64,000 nt of DNA from IMG/VR virus record IMGVR_UViG_3300025536_000015; one strand, 5' to 3'. The first letter of the stretch is position 1, and each line of letters begins with the position of its first letter. The translations under genes were made by a program, and so were the position numbers. The notes beneath the pieces are model-generated. The model was not told the origin of the DNA. It did no database searches and saw only the letters and a program-made list of their open reading frames with translations. This DNA is from a virus. This document shows positions 47,482 to 56,466 of the stretch, in pieces.

Positions 47482-47832
47482 ATGGAACCGCAACCTCCCG
47501 CCGCCGCGTGCCGCCCCGCGAAGACGAAGGCCGAGACCGCGATCACGATCACGCTCGAGACGAACACCTGCTACCGCGAGAGCAAGTTTCCTGCTGGCCA
47601 CCCCGCGCGTGAGTGTCACGTTGGCCTGGCCGCGCTCGACCCGCTCATCTGCTCGCACTGCACGTGGTACGGCGCCGTCGCCAAGAAGCAGATGGCCAAG
47701 TTGACCGGCGAGCACCGCGTCGCGCTCGTCACGTTCCTCAAGCGACTGCAGCAGGACGGCGTGCCAGGCGTCGACGCGCACGAGCCGCAGCCCACGGGCT
47801 GGCTGGCGCGTCTGCGGAGGATACTCCAATAG
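47482..47832 (+). CDS. Hypothetical Cys-containing protein
   Basis: ORF following the hub gene. Confidence 0.5.
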   Translation: MEPQPPAAACRPAKTKAETAITITLETNTCYRESKFPAGHPARECHVGLAALDPLICSHCTWYGAVAKKQMAKLTGEHRVALVTFLKRLQQDGVPGVDAHEPQPTGWLARLRRILQ

Positions 47833-48521
47833 CATACACCGACCTTAGCAGCACGTTCGTCTACCGGCTCTTGCTGACGCATCAGCTCATGGACCAGCTC
47901 GCCGAGAACGACAAGGTCTTCAACAACTTGCTCACGGCGGCCGCGGACATGCCGAACTTCCTGCAGTTCGACAACACGTTCGGCGTCAAAGGCGAGATCG
48001 CCGCCGGCTCGACGTACAAGAAGCTGATCTTGCTCGACGCGAGCAACGTCGTCCAACTCGGCGAGAGCGGGACCGAGGTGCGCGTGCCGGCAGACCCCTC
48101 GAACGCGCTCGGGGTCGCCACCAAGCAGTACGTCGACGGAGTCCAAATGTTTCAGTCCCAAGCGATCGTGACGGTGAACAGCGGCCTAACCGGGTCCTTC
48201 GCCACCATCCTAAGTTTGTCCGCAACGACGCGCGGCGTCGTACACGCCATCTGGATCGACACCGCCGGCGGCAGCAGCACCTGCCGGATCAAGGTTACTG
48301 TCGACGGCACGCTGATCATCGACGACACGTCAGGCGCGCTAACGAATAACCGCTTCTACGCTATGCGCGCCAACGGTAATATAGAAACAACCGCCAGCAC
48401 CGACGCCGGCGATGCCGGCCACCCGCTCGAGATACGCTTCACATCCACGCTGCTGATCGAGGCGACGTCCGGCGACGGAAACAGCCGGGCCATCAGTGTG
48501 CGCTACTCGAAGATACCCTAA
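47829..48521 (+). CDS. Tail-associated protein, probable ATA start
   Basis: GGAGG 8 nt upstream of ATA-GCA-TAC; ATKQYVD fibre-like motif. Confidence 0.55.
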   Translation: MAYTDLSSTFVYRLLLTHQLMDQLAENDKVFNNLLTAAADMPNFLQFDNTFGVKGEIAAGSTYKKLILLDASNVVQLGESGTEVRVPADPSNALGVATKQYVDGVQMFQSQAIVTVNSGLTGSFATILSLSATTRGVVHAIWIDTAGGSSTCRIKVTVDGTLIIDDTSGALTNNRFYAMRANGNIETTASTDAGDAGHPLEIRFTSTLLIEATSGDGNSRAISVRYSKIP

Positions 48522-48793
48522 TGAAATTTATCCAACTGATGACCTGCAAGATAGGCGACAAGTCTGTGACCTACACCGGTCGCCAGCCGTTCCGTATCGA
48601 CAACGACGCTGCGTTCGAAGCCGCCCTGCTGGCCATCGGCGTCTTCGAGCGTCTCGAAGACGGGACCATGCGCTACTCCGGCGGCGTCACCGTGCCTCTC
48701 AAGGACGGCGGCGAAGCGAAGGTGGACGTCGACGGCAATATCCAGCACGGAAAAGCTGACCTGTTGGCGTACGACAAGGGCTCATTCATTTGA
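48521..48793 (+). CDS. Hypothetical protein
   Basis: TAATG-coupled ORF. Confidence 0.55.
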   Translation: MKFIQLMTCKIGDKSVTYTGRQPFRIDNDAAFEAALLAIGVFERLEDGTMRYSGGVTVPLKDGGEAKVDVDGNIQHGKADLLAYDKGSFI

Positions 48794-49461
48794 TGGCCAT
48801 GTTCAACTGGCTGGCTGCGTGGCTCGGCAGCACGCGCGACAGCCGCCTTGCCGCCCTCAACCCTCCTGTCGCTCCGGATAGTCATAAAAACGTACACACT
48901 TTTATGACACCAGAGGCATACGTCATCATCAATCCTAAGCCGCCGGTCACGTCGCGCTTTGAGCAGAGCCCCGACTTCCGTAGCAACGGCGACGTCGCGC
49001 GCAAGATCGACCTCATGGTCCTGCACTGCACCGAGGGCTCGTTCCTGAGCGCGGTCGCCTGGCTCACGGCCAAGGACGACACGCTCGTCTCCGCCCACTA
49101 CACGGTCAGCAAGGCCGGCCACGTTGTGCAGACGGTCGGGATCAACGACGTCGCCTACCACGCCGGCGGGACGAAGGAGAAGCCGTCGTCCTGGCGTGGC
49201 CGCGGCAACATCAACGGTCGGTCCATCGGGGTCGAGATCGAGAACAAGAACGACGGCCTCGACCCCTACACCCCCATGCAGCTGTCCGTCTGCCTCTGGC
49301 TGGCCCTGCGCACCTGCCGCCAGAACAACATGACCGCCGAGCAGGTGGTCGGCCACGAGGACGTGGACCCAGGCCGGAAGACGGACCCGCGCAACTTCCC
49401 ATGGCCACTCTTTAGGACGTCGCTGGCTGTACACCTGAGCCGCCCCGGAGGAATCGCATGA
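48790..49461 (+). CDS. Endolysin, N-acetylmuramoyl-L-alanine amidase (Amidase_2)
   Basis: VLHCT, SAHY, AYHAG, SIGVEIEN, GHEDV..RKTDP. Confidence 0.9.
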   Translation: MMAMFNWLAAWLGSTRDSRLAALNPPVAPDSHKNVHTFMTPEAYVIINPKPPVTSRFEQSPDFRSNGDVARKIDLMVLHCTEGSFLSAVAWLTAKDDTLVSAHYTVSKAGHVVQTVGINDVAYHAGGTKEKPSSWRGRGNINGRSIGVEIENKNDGLDPYTPMQLSVCLWLALRTCRQNNMTAEQVVGHEDVDPGRKTDPRNFPWPLFRTSLAVHLSRPGGIA

Positions 49462-49973
49462 CCCGACTCACCCGCGCCCTGATGCTGATGCTCGCCGTCG
49501 CCCTGCCCGCCGCCGCGAACCCGTACCTGCGCCCGATCGACCTGTCCCGCCCGCACTTCATCGCCGGCGGCTACTTGGACGTCGAGGAAGTCGGCTCGAG
49601 CGAGGGCGGCACCGCCGTCGCGCTCCTGACCCACTCCACCGAGGACGGCTGCGGCCTGCCGTCCATCGTCTGCACGGACTGGACGCCGCTCGCCGTGGGC
49701 GGCCTGTTCAACGGCGGCAGCATAAAGGTGGCCGTCGGGCCGGTCTTCAACGTCGCCCCGATCGCCAAGAGCCTCCTGCTCAAAGGCCTACAGGCCGTCA
49801 CGGCCGAGGGCTCCTTCGGGAACCTCAAGCAGAGCCTTGGGTCCGTGGCGCTCAGTGGGAACGACGTCACGGTGTCCATGGGGCCGGCGTGGGTCTTGGC
49901 GCCGCAGGACAACTTCAAAGGATACTTCCGCGTCTTCGTGGGTGGTGAGCTCCGGTTCGGCGCAAAGCAGTAA
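49458..49973 (+). CDS. Secreted beta-rich protein, outer-membrane-protein-like
   Basis: Signal peptide ending AAA; terminal FRVFVGGELRF strand. Confidence 0.55.
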   Translation: MTRLTRALMLMLAVALPAAANPYLRPIDLSRPHFIAGGYLDVEEVGSSEGGTAVALLTHSTEDGCGLPSIVCTDWTPLAVGGLFNGGSIKVAVGPVFNVAPIAKSLLLKGLQAVTAEGSFGNLKQSLGSVALSGNDVTVSMGPAWVLAPQDNFKGYFRVFVGGELRFGAKQ

Positions 49974-50005
49974 AAATTGTAAAAATTCGTAAAGGAGCAT
50001 CTGCC

Positions 50006-50554
50006 ATGAACCGACTGCTCAAAGCCCTCGCCTGGCTCGGCCTACGCGCCCCGGCCGCGCTCGCCTTCCTGCTCCTTCCCATCATCCTGCACGCTGCCGA
50101 TGGCACCACCGGCCTGTTGGACGTCGCCAAGGCCAACGTAGCTGCCGTTGGCATGGGCCTTGGTGGAACCGTACTATTCGGAATTTCCTTCATGTTGGCC
50201 GGCCGCTTCGTCCCCGGCATCGTGGTCGGCAAGCTGCGCAAGGTCTTCGAGGAGGCCAAGGCGTCGCCCTGGTGGCGCGAGAAGCCGCACCGCGCAAAGT
50301 TCCTCCACGCCGCTGTCGTCTTCCTTGAGGCCGAGGTGCCGGACGCCGGCGAGGGCCAGGAGGTCTACGACGCCTTCGGGGCCTGGGCCAACGCGCACGC
50401 GCGGGTCGGCGGCATGCCTCTCGGCAGCGCCGCGCAGTGGGCCGCGCTCGCGCGCAAGGGCGGGGACGCCATCGACCTACAACTGAACGCTGAAATAGTG
50501 GAAATAGCCGCGATCGTGCCGCAAACGCAGTCCGACGTGCCGCCTGCCGCTTAA
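50006..50554 (+). CDS. Membrane protein
   Basis: Two hydrophobic segments; AAGGAG SD. Confidence 0.6.
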   Translation: MNRLLKALAWLGLRAPAALAFLLLPIILHAADGTTGLLDVAKANVAAVGMGLGGTVLFGISFMLAGRFVPGIVVGKLRKVFEEAKASPWWREKPHRAKFLHAAVVFLEAEVPDAGEGQEVYDAFGAWANAHARVGGMPLGSAAQWAALARKGGDAIDLQLNAEIVEIAAIVPQTQSDVPPAA

Positions 50555-50581
50555 CGCGCGCAAAGAAAGGAGGCCACCTTT

Positions 50582-51502
50582 ATGGCGGACATCGGACGAT
50601 CCATCGTGACCATACCCGGTCCCGGTCGCGTCACCCTGCACGCGCTGGCTGACTTGCAGTACGGCTCCAAGTCTTCCGACGAGACGCTGATGCGGCGCAA
50701 GCTCAAGGACATCGTCGACGATCCCACCGGCGGCATGTCCGTCGTCCTTGGCGACCTGACCGACGACGACCGGCCGACCACCCGGATCATGCGCAAAGCC
50801 GCCTTTGCCGGCCGGCCTGAAGTCCTCGACGCCGACGCCCGCGATAAGAAGTTCTTCGTCGACGACAAGGTGATCCCAATGCTCCTGCCGCTGGCGTCCA
50901 CGAAGCACGGCATCATCGGCGTCCTGGCCGGCCACCATTGGAGCTACGTCCGCGTCGAGGATGAGAAGGGCGTCAAGTACGTCAACTCAGCGCGCTACAT
51001 CTGCGACGAGCTCGGGCGGATGACCAAGCGAAAAGTCCCCTACCTCGGGATCATGTCCGCGTGGATTCAGCTGGTGATCGAGATGAAAAGCAATCACCAG
51101 AGCGTCCTGCAGATGATCCATATCCAGCACGGCGTCGGCGGCGGCCAGACGCTGGCCTCGGCGCTCAACAAGCTCGAGACGACCGCCCGCTGGGCCGAGG
51201 CTGACCTGCTGATCCGCGCGCACGACTGCAAGCTGGTCGCCGGCAAGATCGTCCGCCTTGGACCCCGGATGCAACGCAGCGGCATGACGCGTTCGCTGAA
51301 GTCCTCTACCATCGGCTTGCTCAACATCGGCTCGATGACGCGCGGCTACGTCATCGGCGAGGAGGAGCCAGACTACGTCGAGATGGAGATGATGCGGCCC
51401 ACCTCGATGGGCTGGGGCAAGGCCCACTTCAATATCCGGAAGTCATCCCGTGTTGAGGATCCGAATCAAAACTTCCGCGCTGACCTAACCTGCGAGATAT
51501 GA
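50582..51502 (+). CDS. Calcineurin-like metallophosphoesterase
   Basis: ADLQYG, LGDLTD, AGHH, QHG, RAHD motifs. Confidence 0.72.
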   Translation: MADIGRSIVTIPGPGRVTLHALADLQYGSKSSDETLMRRKLKDIVDDPTGGMSVVLGDLTDDDRPTTRIMRKAAFAGRPEVLDADARDKKFFVDDKVIPMLLPLASTKHGIIGVLAGHHWSYVRVEDEKGVKYVNSARYICDELGRMTKRKVPYLGIMSAWIQLVIEMKSNHQSVLQMIHIQHGVGGGQTLASALNKLETTARWAEADLLIRAHDCKLVAGKIVRLGPRMQRSGMTRSLKSSTIGLLNIGSMTRGYVIGEEEPDYVEMEMMRPTSMGWGKAHFNIRKSSRVEDPNQNFRADLTCEI

Positions 51503-51729
51503 AGAAACGACCCAGCCCCCTGCGCCCCTTCGACTTGACGCGCTACGTCGGCAGCGAGGAGCGCGGCATCCCGGCCCGCTACACGCCCGCCCAGCTGATC
51601 GTCCTAAGCGCTGGCGCCGTCGGCCTCCTGGCCGCGTTGGCCCAGCCCACCGAACCCGCCGCCCGCGCGGCGGCGCACCTGGCCAGCAAGCACAACCGCC
51701 GTCGATTTCAACCTCGCTTGAATAAATAA
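51499..51729 (+). CDS. Small hypothetical membrane protein
   Basis: ATGA-coupled; hydrophobic stretch. Confidence 0.45.
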   Translation: MKKRPSPLRPFDLTRYVGSEERGIPARYTPAQLIVLSAGAVGLLAALAQPTEPAARAAAHLASKHNRRRFQPRLNK

Positions 51730-51769
51730 CCCGCGCCACGCGCGACTTCCCAGACGAAGAAAATAGCAC

Positions 51770-51798
51770 TTGACAAGTGCCATGGCATCCTTTATACT
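51770..51798 (+). promoter_or_regulatory. Sigma70-like promoter TTGACA-N17-TATACT with palindromes GCACTTGACAAGTGC and TGCCATGGCA
   Basis: Near-consensus boxes at the start of the early block. Confidence 0.75.
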
Positions 51799-51840
51799 TT
51801 GTTCAGAAGGATCAAGACGCACCTGAGAGGTCACAAAAAA

Positions 51841-52083
51841 ATGAAGAACGAGATCAACCAGCACCTCGCCGCCTACCGAGCCAACGACCACCTGAAGTCC
51901 ACCTGCGAAGCCGTCTGTCGCAAGCCCTGCGACCAGGCCGTGAAGCAGGGCCCGAACGGCCGGTGGTTCATAACCGCCGGACACGCCGGCTTCAACAGCC
52001 ACGCGAACAACCGGAGCGGCTACAAGACGTGCGGCACCGCCGAACGCATCACCCACCAATACGCGGCCAAGGCGGGCCGCTAA
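51841..52083 (+). CDS. Hypothetical early protein
   Basis: GAGGT SD downstream of promoter. Confidence 0.55.
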   Translation: MKNEINQHLAAYRANDHLKSTCEAVCRKPCDQAVKQGPNGRWFITAGHAGFNSHANNRSGYKTCGTAERITHQYAAKAGR

Positions 52084-52084
52084 C

Positions 52085-52297
52085 ATGGCCCAAGTCTACA
52101 TCGTAAAAAACGATTGCCTCCCGCCGACCACGTGGGGCATCTACCGCGTCGGAACCGGCCCCGGACGAGGCGAGGCCTTGGGCTTCACCATGGTCGCAGA
52201 GGCCCGACGATGGGCCAAGGTCCATGGCCACGAAGTCGTCACGCTCACCATGAAGACGGAAGCCAAAAAGACCAGAACATCAAGGAGCCAAAAATGA
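52085..52297 (+). CDS. Hypothetical protein
   Basis: Packed ORF. Confidence 0.5.
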   Translation: MAQVYIVKNDCLPPTTWGIYRVGTGPGRGEALGFTMVAEARRWAKVHGHEVVTLTMKTEAKKTRTSRSQK

Positions 52298-52569
52298 CCA
52301 ACCCCGCCGTCGCCCCAGAAGAACTGACCGTCGAGAGCCAGGCCATGAAGAACCTCCGCGCCGCCCACGCCAGCTTCCATAGCGCTCGCCTCGGTGTGTT
52401 GCGCATGCACGACAAGCTCGAAAGCGTAACAGGCGTCGAGCGCGACAGCATCCTCGCCGCATTGAGCATCCTGCAGGAAGTAGACGGCCAGATCGCCATG
52501 GAATACGGCCGCCTTGCCTTCCTGCGCGACATGCCGAGCGTTCCGATAAGCCCGGAGGGCGCGCAATGA
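52294..52569 (+). CDS. Hypothetical protein
   Basis: AAGGAG SD. Confidence 0.55.
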   Translation: MTNPAVAPEELTVESQAMKNLRAAHASFHSARLGVLRMHDKLESVTGVERDSILAALSILQEVDGQIAMEYGRLAFLRDMPSVPISPEGAQ

Positions 52570-52793
52570 AAACGAGCTGCGGCCCCAAGTTCGGTCGTGG
52601 CCCCGCTCCGCTCGTGCGGCCGCGCAAGCACAAGGCCCACCATCGGATCGGCACCGCCGCGCGGCTGGCTTGGTATATCACTTGGCTCGTCGTCGTTGTC
52701 ACGCGCCCGCTCGCTGGCGCGGCCATATTCGCGCTCGTACTCCTGCTCAACTTGGAACGCAAGCGTAACGGCTTCTACGTGGAACGGCTATGA
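52566..52793 (+). CDS. Small membrane protein
   Basis: Hydrophobic C-terminal half. Confidence 0.5.
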   Translation: MKTSCGPKFGRGPAPLVRPRKHKAHHRIGTAARLAWYITWLVVVVTRPLAGAAIFALVLLLNLERKRNGFYVERL

Positions 52794-52941
52794 TCATGCG
52801 CTTCATCTGTTGGCTGACGGGTCGGCATTTCGTCTTTCGGACGACCGACATCGTGATGACGCCAAAGCTCTCTTGGCGCACGCGCCTCCGGTGCCGGTGC
52901 GGCCTCGTCGACTACTACCGCGACGGACTCGTGGAGCATCC

Positions 52942-54114
52942 GTGAGCGGGACGACGCTCGACCTGTCCGCCGACCAGAAGCGCGCCCACGACACCGTTGT
53001 CGATTGGCTTCGAAGCCGGAGCGGCAAGCTGATGACGTTGGGCGGCTACGCTGGCACGGGCAAAAGCACGACCCTCGGCGCAATCGCGCGGACGCTCAAG
53101 AAGCGCGACGAGCATCTGGCGATCGCTTTCGCCTGCTTCACGGGCAAGGCGGCGCACGGACTGCGCCTCAAGCTCGAGGCAGCTCGCGTCTTGGACGAAG
53201 ACGGCGGCGACTACTGCGGCACCCTCCACGGCCTCCTGTATGAAGCCGTACGCCTCCCGAGCGGCGGAGTGCGTTGGCGGCGGCGCCCGCGCAGCGAGAT
53301 GGCCTACGGCCTGTTCGTCCTCGACGAAGCCAGCATGGTCGACGAGCCGTTGCTCAAGGACCTATCTTCATATGGCATCCCGATCCTGGCCGTTGGCGAC
53401 CACGGCCAGCTGCCGCCGATTAACGGCGCGCTCAACCTCATGAAGAACCCCGACCTGCGCCTCGAGAAGATCCACCGCCAAGCGGAGGACAGCCCGATCA
53501 TCCGCCTGTCGATGATGGCCCGCCTCGACGGCAAGATTCCGGTCGGCGCGTACGGCCCCGGCGTATACAAAACGACCGACGCCAGCATCCTCGACCGCCT
53601 GCGCGACCCAAAGGCCGGCGTGGTCCTGTGCGCCACCAACCGCACCCGCGGACGCATCAACCGCCTCCTGCGCAAGCGGTGCGGCCACCTCGAGGCGGAA
53701 CCGCAGGTGGGCGAGCCGATCATCGCGCTCAAGAACGACCGCGACGCCGGGACCTATAACGGAATGGTGGGCATCCTGGCTTCTTGGAAGAAGGCGGAGC
53801 GCGCGACGCACGCCGAGGCGATTATAAACTTCCCCGACGCCGGCGTGACTTGGGCCGGCGACGCGTTGCGGGCGCAGTTCGGCGCAGGCAAGACATTGCA
53901 GGCGACCGAGGACATGCCGTGGCAGGAACTCGGCGGCTTGTTCGACTGGGCCTATGGGATCACGACGCACAAGGCGCAAGGCGCTGAATTTGAAAACGTC
54001 GTCGTGATCGAGGAAACCGACCATATGAAAACCGACGAAGAAAAGCGCCGCTGGCTGTACACCGCCGTCACCCGCGCCAAGCAGAAGCTCGTCATTATCG
54101 GAGCGCCATGTTGA
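52942..54114 (+). CDS. RecD/Dda-like SF1B helicase
   Basis: GYAGTGKS, DEASMV, VGDHGQLPP, AYGITTHKAQG, YTAVTRA. Confidence 0.9.
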   Translation: MSGTTLDLSADQKRAHDTVVDWLRSRSGKLMTLGGYAGTGKSTTLGAIARTLKKRDEHLAIAFACFTGKAAHGLRLKLEAARVLDEDGGDYCGTLHGLLYEAVRLPSGGVRWRRRPRSEMAYGLFVLDEASMVDEPLLKDLSSYGIPILAVGDHGQLPPINGALNLMKNPDLRLEKIHRQAEDSPIIRLSMMARLDGKIPVGAYGPGVYKTTDASILDRLRDPKAGVVLCATNRTRGRINRLLRKRCGHLEAEPQVGEPIIALKNDRDAGTYNGMVGILASWKKAERATHAEAIINFPDAGVTWAGDALRAQFGAGKTLQATEDMPWQELGGLFDWAYGITTHKAQGAEFENVVVIEETDHMKTDEEKRRWLYTAVTRAKQKLVIIGAPC

Positions 54115-54139
54115 CAAATGCCCCCACAAGTGCCATACT
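54111..54139 (+). promoter_or_regulatory. Sigma70-like promoter TTGACA-N17-CATACT
   Basis: Upstream of the HTH gene. Confidence 0.65.
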
Positions 54140-54167
54140 CCATCGATACCGTAAACTAGGAGATTAT

Positions 54168-54368
54168 ATGAACCGCCCGAAGCTGTTACCGCCCGAGATC
54201 GGACGCCTTCAAAAATACATCGACGCCCACGGAGGCCAAGAAAAGGTCGGCGTATCCTGGGGAGTCAACTCGAGCACCCTCAGCCGCATCCTCAACCGCC
54301 ACCACGCGCCGTCGCCTCTGCTCAAGCAGAAGCTCGTCGAGGTCGGCGTCGTCAAGCCGGCGAAGTAA
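54168..54368 (+). CDS. Cro/XRE-like HTH regulator
   Basis: GQEKVGVSWGVNSSTLSRILN. Confidence 0.75.
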   Translation: MNRPKLLPPEIGRLQKYIDAHGGQEKVGVSWGVNSSTLSRILNRHHAPSPLLKQKLVEVGVVKPAK

Positions 54369-54412
54369 GCCGCGCCGTTTTCTGTCGGACACGCCGCCAC
54401 CAGGAGACATCA

Positions 54413-55723
54413 ATGACCACCGACGCGCCTAAGAAGGACCTGACGACCAAGCGCAAGACCCTGCCGGAACTGTTGAACGACGAGAACAACAAGCAGCGAT
54501 TCGCGGAAATGCTCGGCAAGGACGCGCGTTCGTTTCAGCAGAACATCCTCACCGTCTACAACGGCAGCAAGTCGCTCCAGGAATGCGAACCCGAGAGCAT
54601 CATCGCCGCCTGCGCAATCTCGGCGTCGATTAACCTGAGCATCCTGCCGAGCCTCGGGCAGTCGTGCGTCGTCCCCTACAAGGACGGCGACCGCCTCGTG
54701 GCGCAATGGCAGATCATGTGGAAGGGCCTAATCCAGCTGGCGCACCGCTCCGGCCAATACGAGCGCATCCACCTCGCGCACGTTTACGAGGGCGAACTCG
54801 TCAGCTACGACAAGTTCAAGGGCATCATCCAGCTGGACGAGAGCAAAAAGAAATCCGGTCGGGTGCAGGGCTACTACTTCTACTTCAAGCTCCTGACCGG
54901 CGGCTCCTTCGAGTTCTATTGGTCGGCCAAGGAGTGCGTCGAGCACGGCCTGCGCTACTCGAAGTCCTTCCAGAAGGGCAGCGGGAAGTGGGCCGAGGAT
55001 CCGGAGTTCGAGAAGGTCAAGACCGTCAAGGCGTGGCTCGCTGGCAAGGAGCATTTCTTGACTGAGGGCAGCGGCGCCGACGCCATGAGCGCCAAGTCGA
55101 TCGTCAAGAACGAACTCCAAACCTGGGGACCGCTCGAAACCCGCATCAAGGAGATGGTCGCCAACGACCAGGCCGTCATCGGCGCGGACGGAACGAAGCG
55201 CTACATCGACACGACGGCCGAGCCGGCCGGCGAGCCGAAGACCTACGCCACGGCGCCGACGCCGAGCGGGGACCAGCCGTTCCCGGCGGAGAAGATCAAG
55301 TGGGCGCGCGACGCCGCCAAGAAACAGGGCGTTTCAAACGAACAGTTCGATGCCTGGCTGGCCCTGCAGGTCGGCGACGAAGCGGTCAAAGCGGCGGCGG
55401 CTGAGATCGCCTGGAAGAAGGTCGCGGCCAAGGAGGCCAAGGCCGTGGACGTCTTCGCGGTCAAGGCCCCGGAGGCCGCGCCGACGGAGCAGCAGGCGGC
55501 GTTCCTGGTGACCGGAACGGCCACCGCGGACTTCAACGGCAACCCAGACTGCTACGCGATCAAGGACGACAGCGACCCCGTCGTGAAGTACTACACCGAC
55601 CAGGAAGCCGTCTACCTGGCCGCGAAGACGGCGCAGAAGGACGAGGCCAAGCTCGTCGTGAAGTTCGTCGACAAGCCGACGGGCAACAAGACCGCTCGCT
55701 GGATCGTCGGCCTCGTCGCCTAA
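54413..55723 (+). CDS. recT: RecT-family single-strand annealing protein with long C-terminal extension
   Basis: CEPESII..C..SASINL...VVPY...WKGLIQLAHRSGQY. Confidence 0.85.
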   Translation: MTTDAPKKDLTTKRKTLPELLNDENNKQRFAEMLGKDARSFQQNILTVYNGSKSLQECEPESIIAACAISASINLSILPSLGQSCVVPYKDGDRLVAQWQIMWKGLIQLAHRSGQYERIHLAHVYEGELVSYDKFKGIIQLDESKKKSGRVQGYYFYFKLLTGGSFEFYWSAKECVEHGLRYSKSFQKGSGKWAEDPEFEKVKTVKAWLAGKEHFLTEGSGADAMSAKSIVKNELQTWGPLETRIKEMVANDQAVIGADGTKRYIDTTAEPAGEPKTYATAPTPSGDQPFPAEKIKWARDAAKKQGVSNEQFDAWLALQVGDEAVKAAAAEIAWKKVAAKEAKAVDVFAVKAPEAAPTEQQAAFLVTGTATADFNGNPDCYAIKDDSDPVVKYYTDQEAVYLAAKTAQKDEAKLVVKFVDKPTGNKTARWIVGLVA

Positions 55724-55737
55724 AGATTCGTGGCAGC

Positions 55738-55767
55738 GCGCGGCGGGGACACGCCTCCCCGCCGCGC
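55738..55767 (+). terminator. Perfect 12-bp stem hairpin
   Basis: GCGCGGCGGGGA/TCCCCGCCGCGC; weak U-tract. Confidence 0.5.
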
Positions 55768-55781
55768 TTGGGCCGGAGAAC

Positions 55782-56405
55782 ATGTTCCACTATACCGACG
55801 CGCCTGACCTAAAACGGGACGACCAGCACAAGTACTCGCTCATCCCCTCGAACGAAAACCCACTCGGCGTCACGGAAGTCATGGTCGACGTGGGCCTCGA
55901 GTCCGACGACTATTTCACCGAAACGGACAGCAGCCGCGGCATCGCCATCCACGCCGAACTAGCCAACGCCGCCCGCGGCATCGCCCCATTCCCATTCCTA
56001 GACCCCGACCTGTACGGCTGGCGTCAAAGCGGCCTCGACAAGCTCGCGGAACTCCTAGCCGACGGCGCCGTCATCCTCGGCGTCGAGGTCATGGCCTACC
56101 ACCCGCTCTACCGCTTCGCCGGCACCGTCGACCTCATCGTGCTTTGGCGCGGCTACGAATGGATACTGGACTGGAAGTCGGGCAAGGCGTCGAAGGTCAC
56201 GCGCTTTAAGCTCGCCGCCTACGACATGATCCTGGGCCCCGCGAAGAACGGCAAGCAACGCAAGCGGGCGGCAATTGAGGTGCAGGAGGACGGAAGTCGT
56301 GCGAAGCTAATCGAGTACAACACGCCCGATCATTTCCACGACGGCAACCGCTTCCTGAGCTACCTCAATACGTCCCGCGACCGTAAGACTTACGGCGCAA
56401 AATAG
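55782..56405 (+). CDS. PD-(D/E)xK nuclease (Cas4/exonuclease-like)
   Basis: E...AGTVDL...ILDWKSG; next to recT. Confidence 0.78.
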   Translation: MFHYTDAPDLKRDDQHKYSLIPSNENPLGVTEVMVDVGLESDDYFTETDSSRGIAIHAELANAARGIAPFPFLDPDLYGWRQSGLDKLAELLADGAVILGVEVMAYHPLYRFAGTVDLIVLWRGYEWILDWKSGKASKVTRFKLAAYDMILGPAKNGKQRKRAAIEVQEDGSRAKLIEYNTPDHFHDGNRFLSYLNTSRDRKTYGAK

Positions 56406-56407
56406 AT

Positions 56408-56436
56408 TTGACAAACGCCATGGCATCTGATACGAT
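56408..56436 (+). promoter_or_regulatory. Sigma70-like promoter TTGACA-N17-TACGAT
   Basis: Spacer contains GCCATGGCA. Confidence 0.65.
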
Positions 56437-56466
56437 CTGGCAACATTGCTAAAACACGGAGAACAC

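Noticed and set aside
55782-56405. Cas4 as part of a CRISPR system
   Set aside because: No array or other cas genes; next to recT, so a recombination nuclease is more likely
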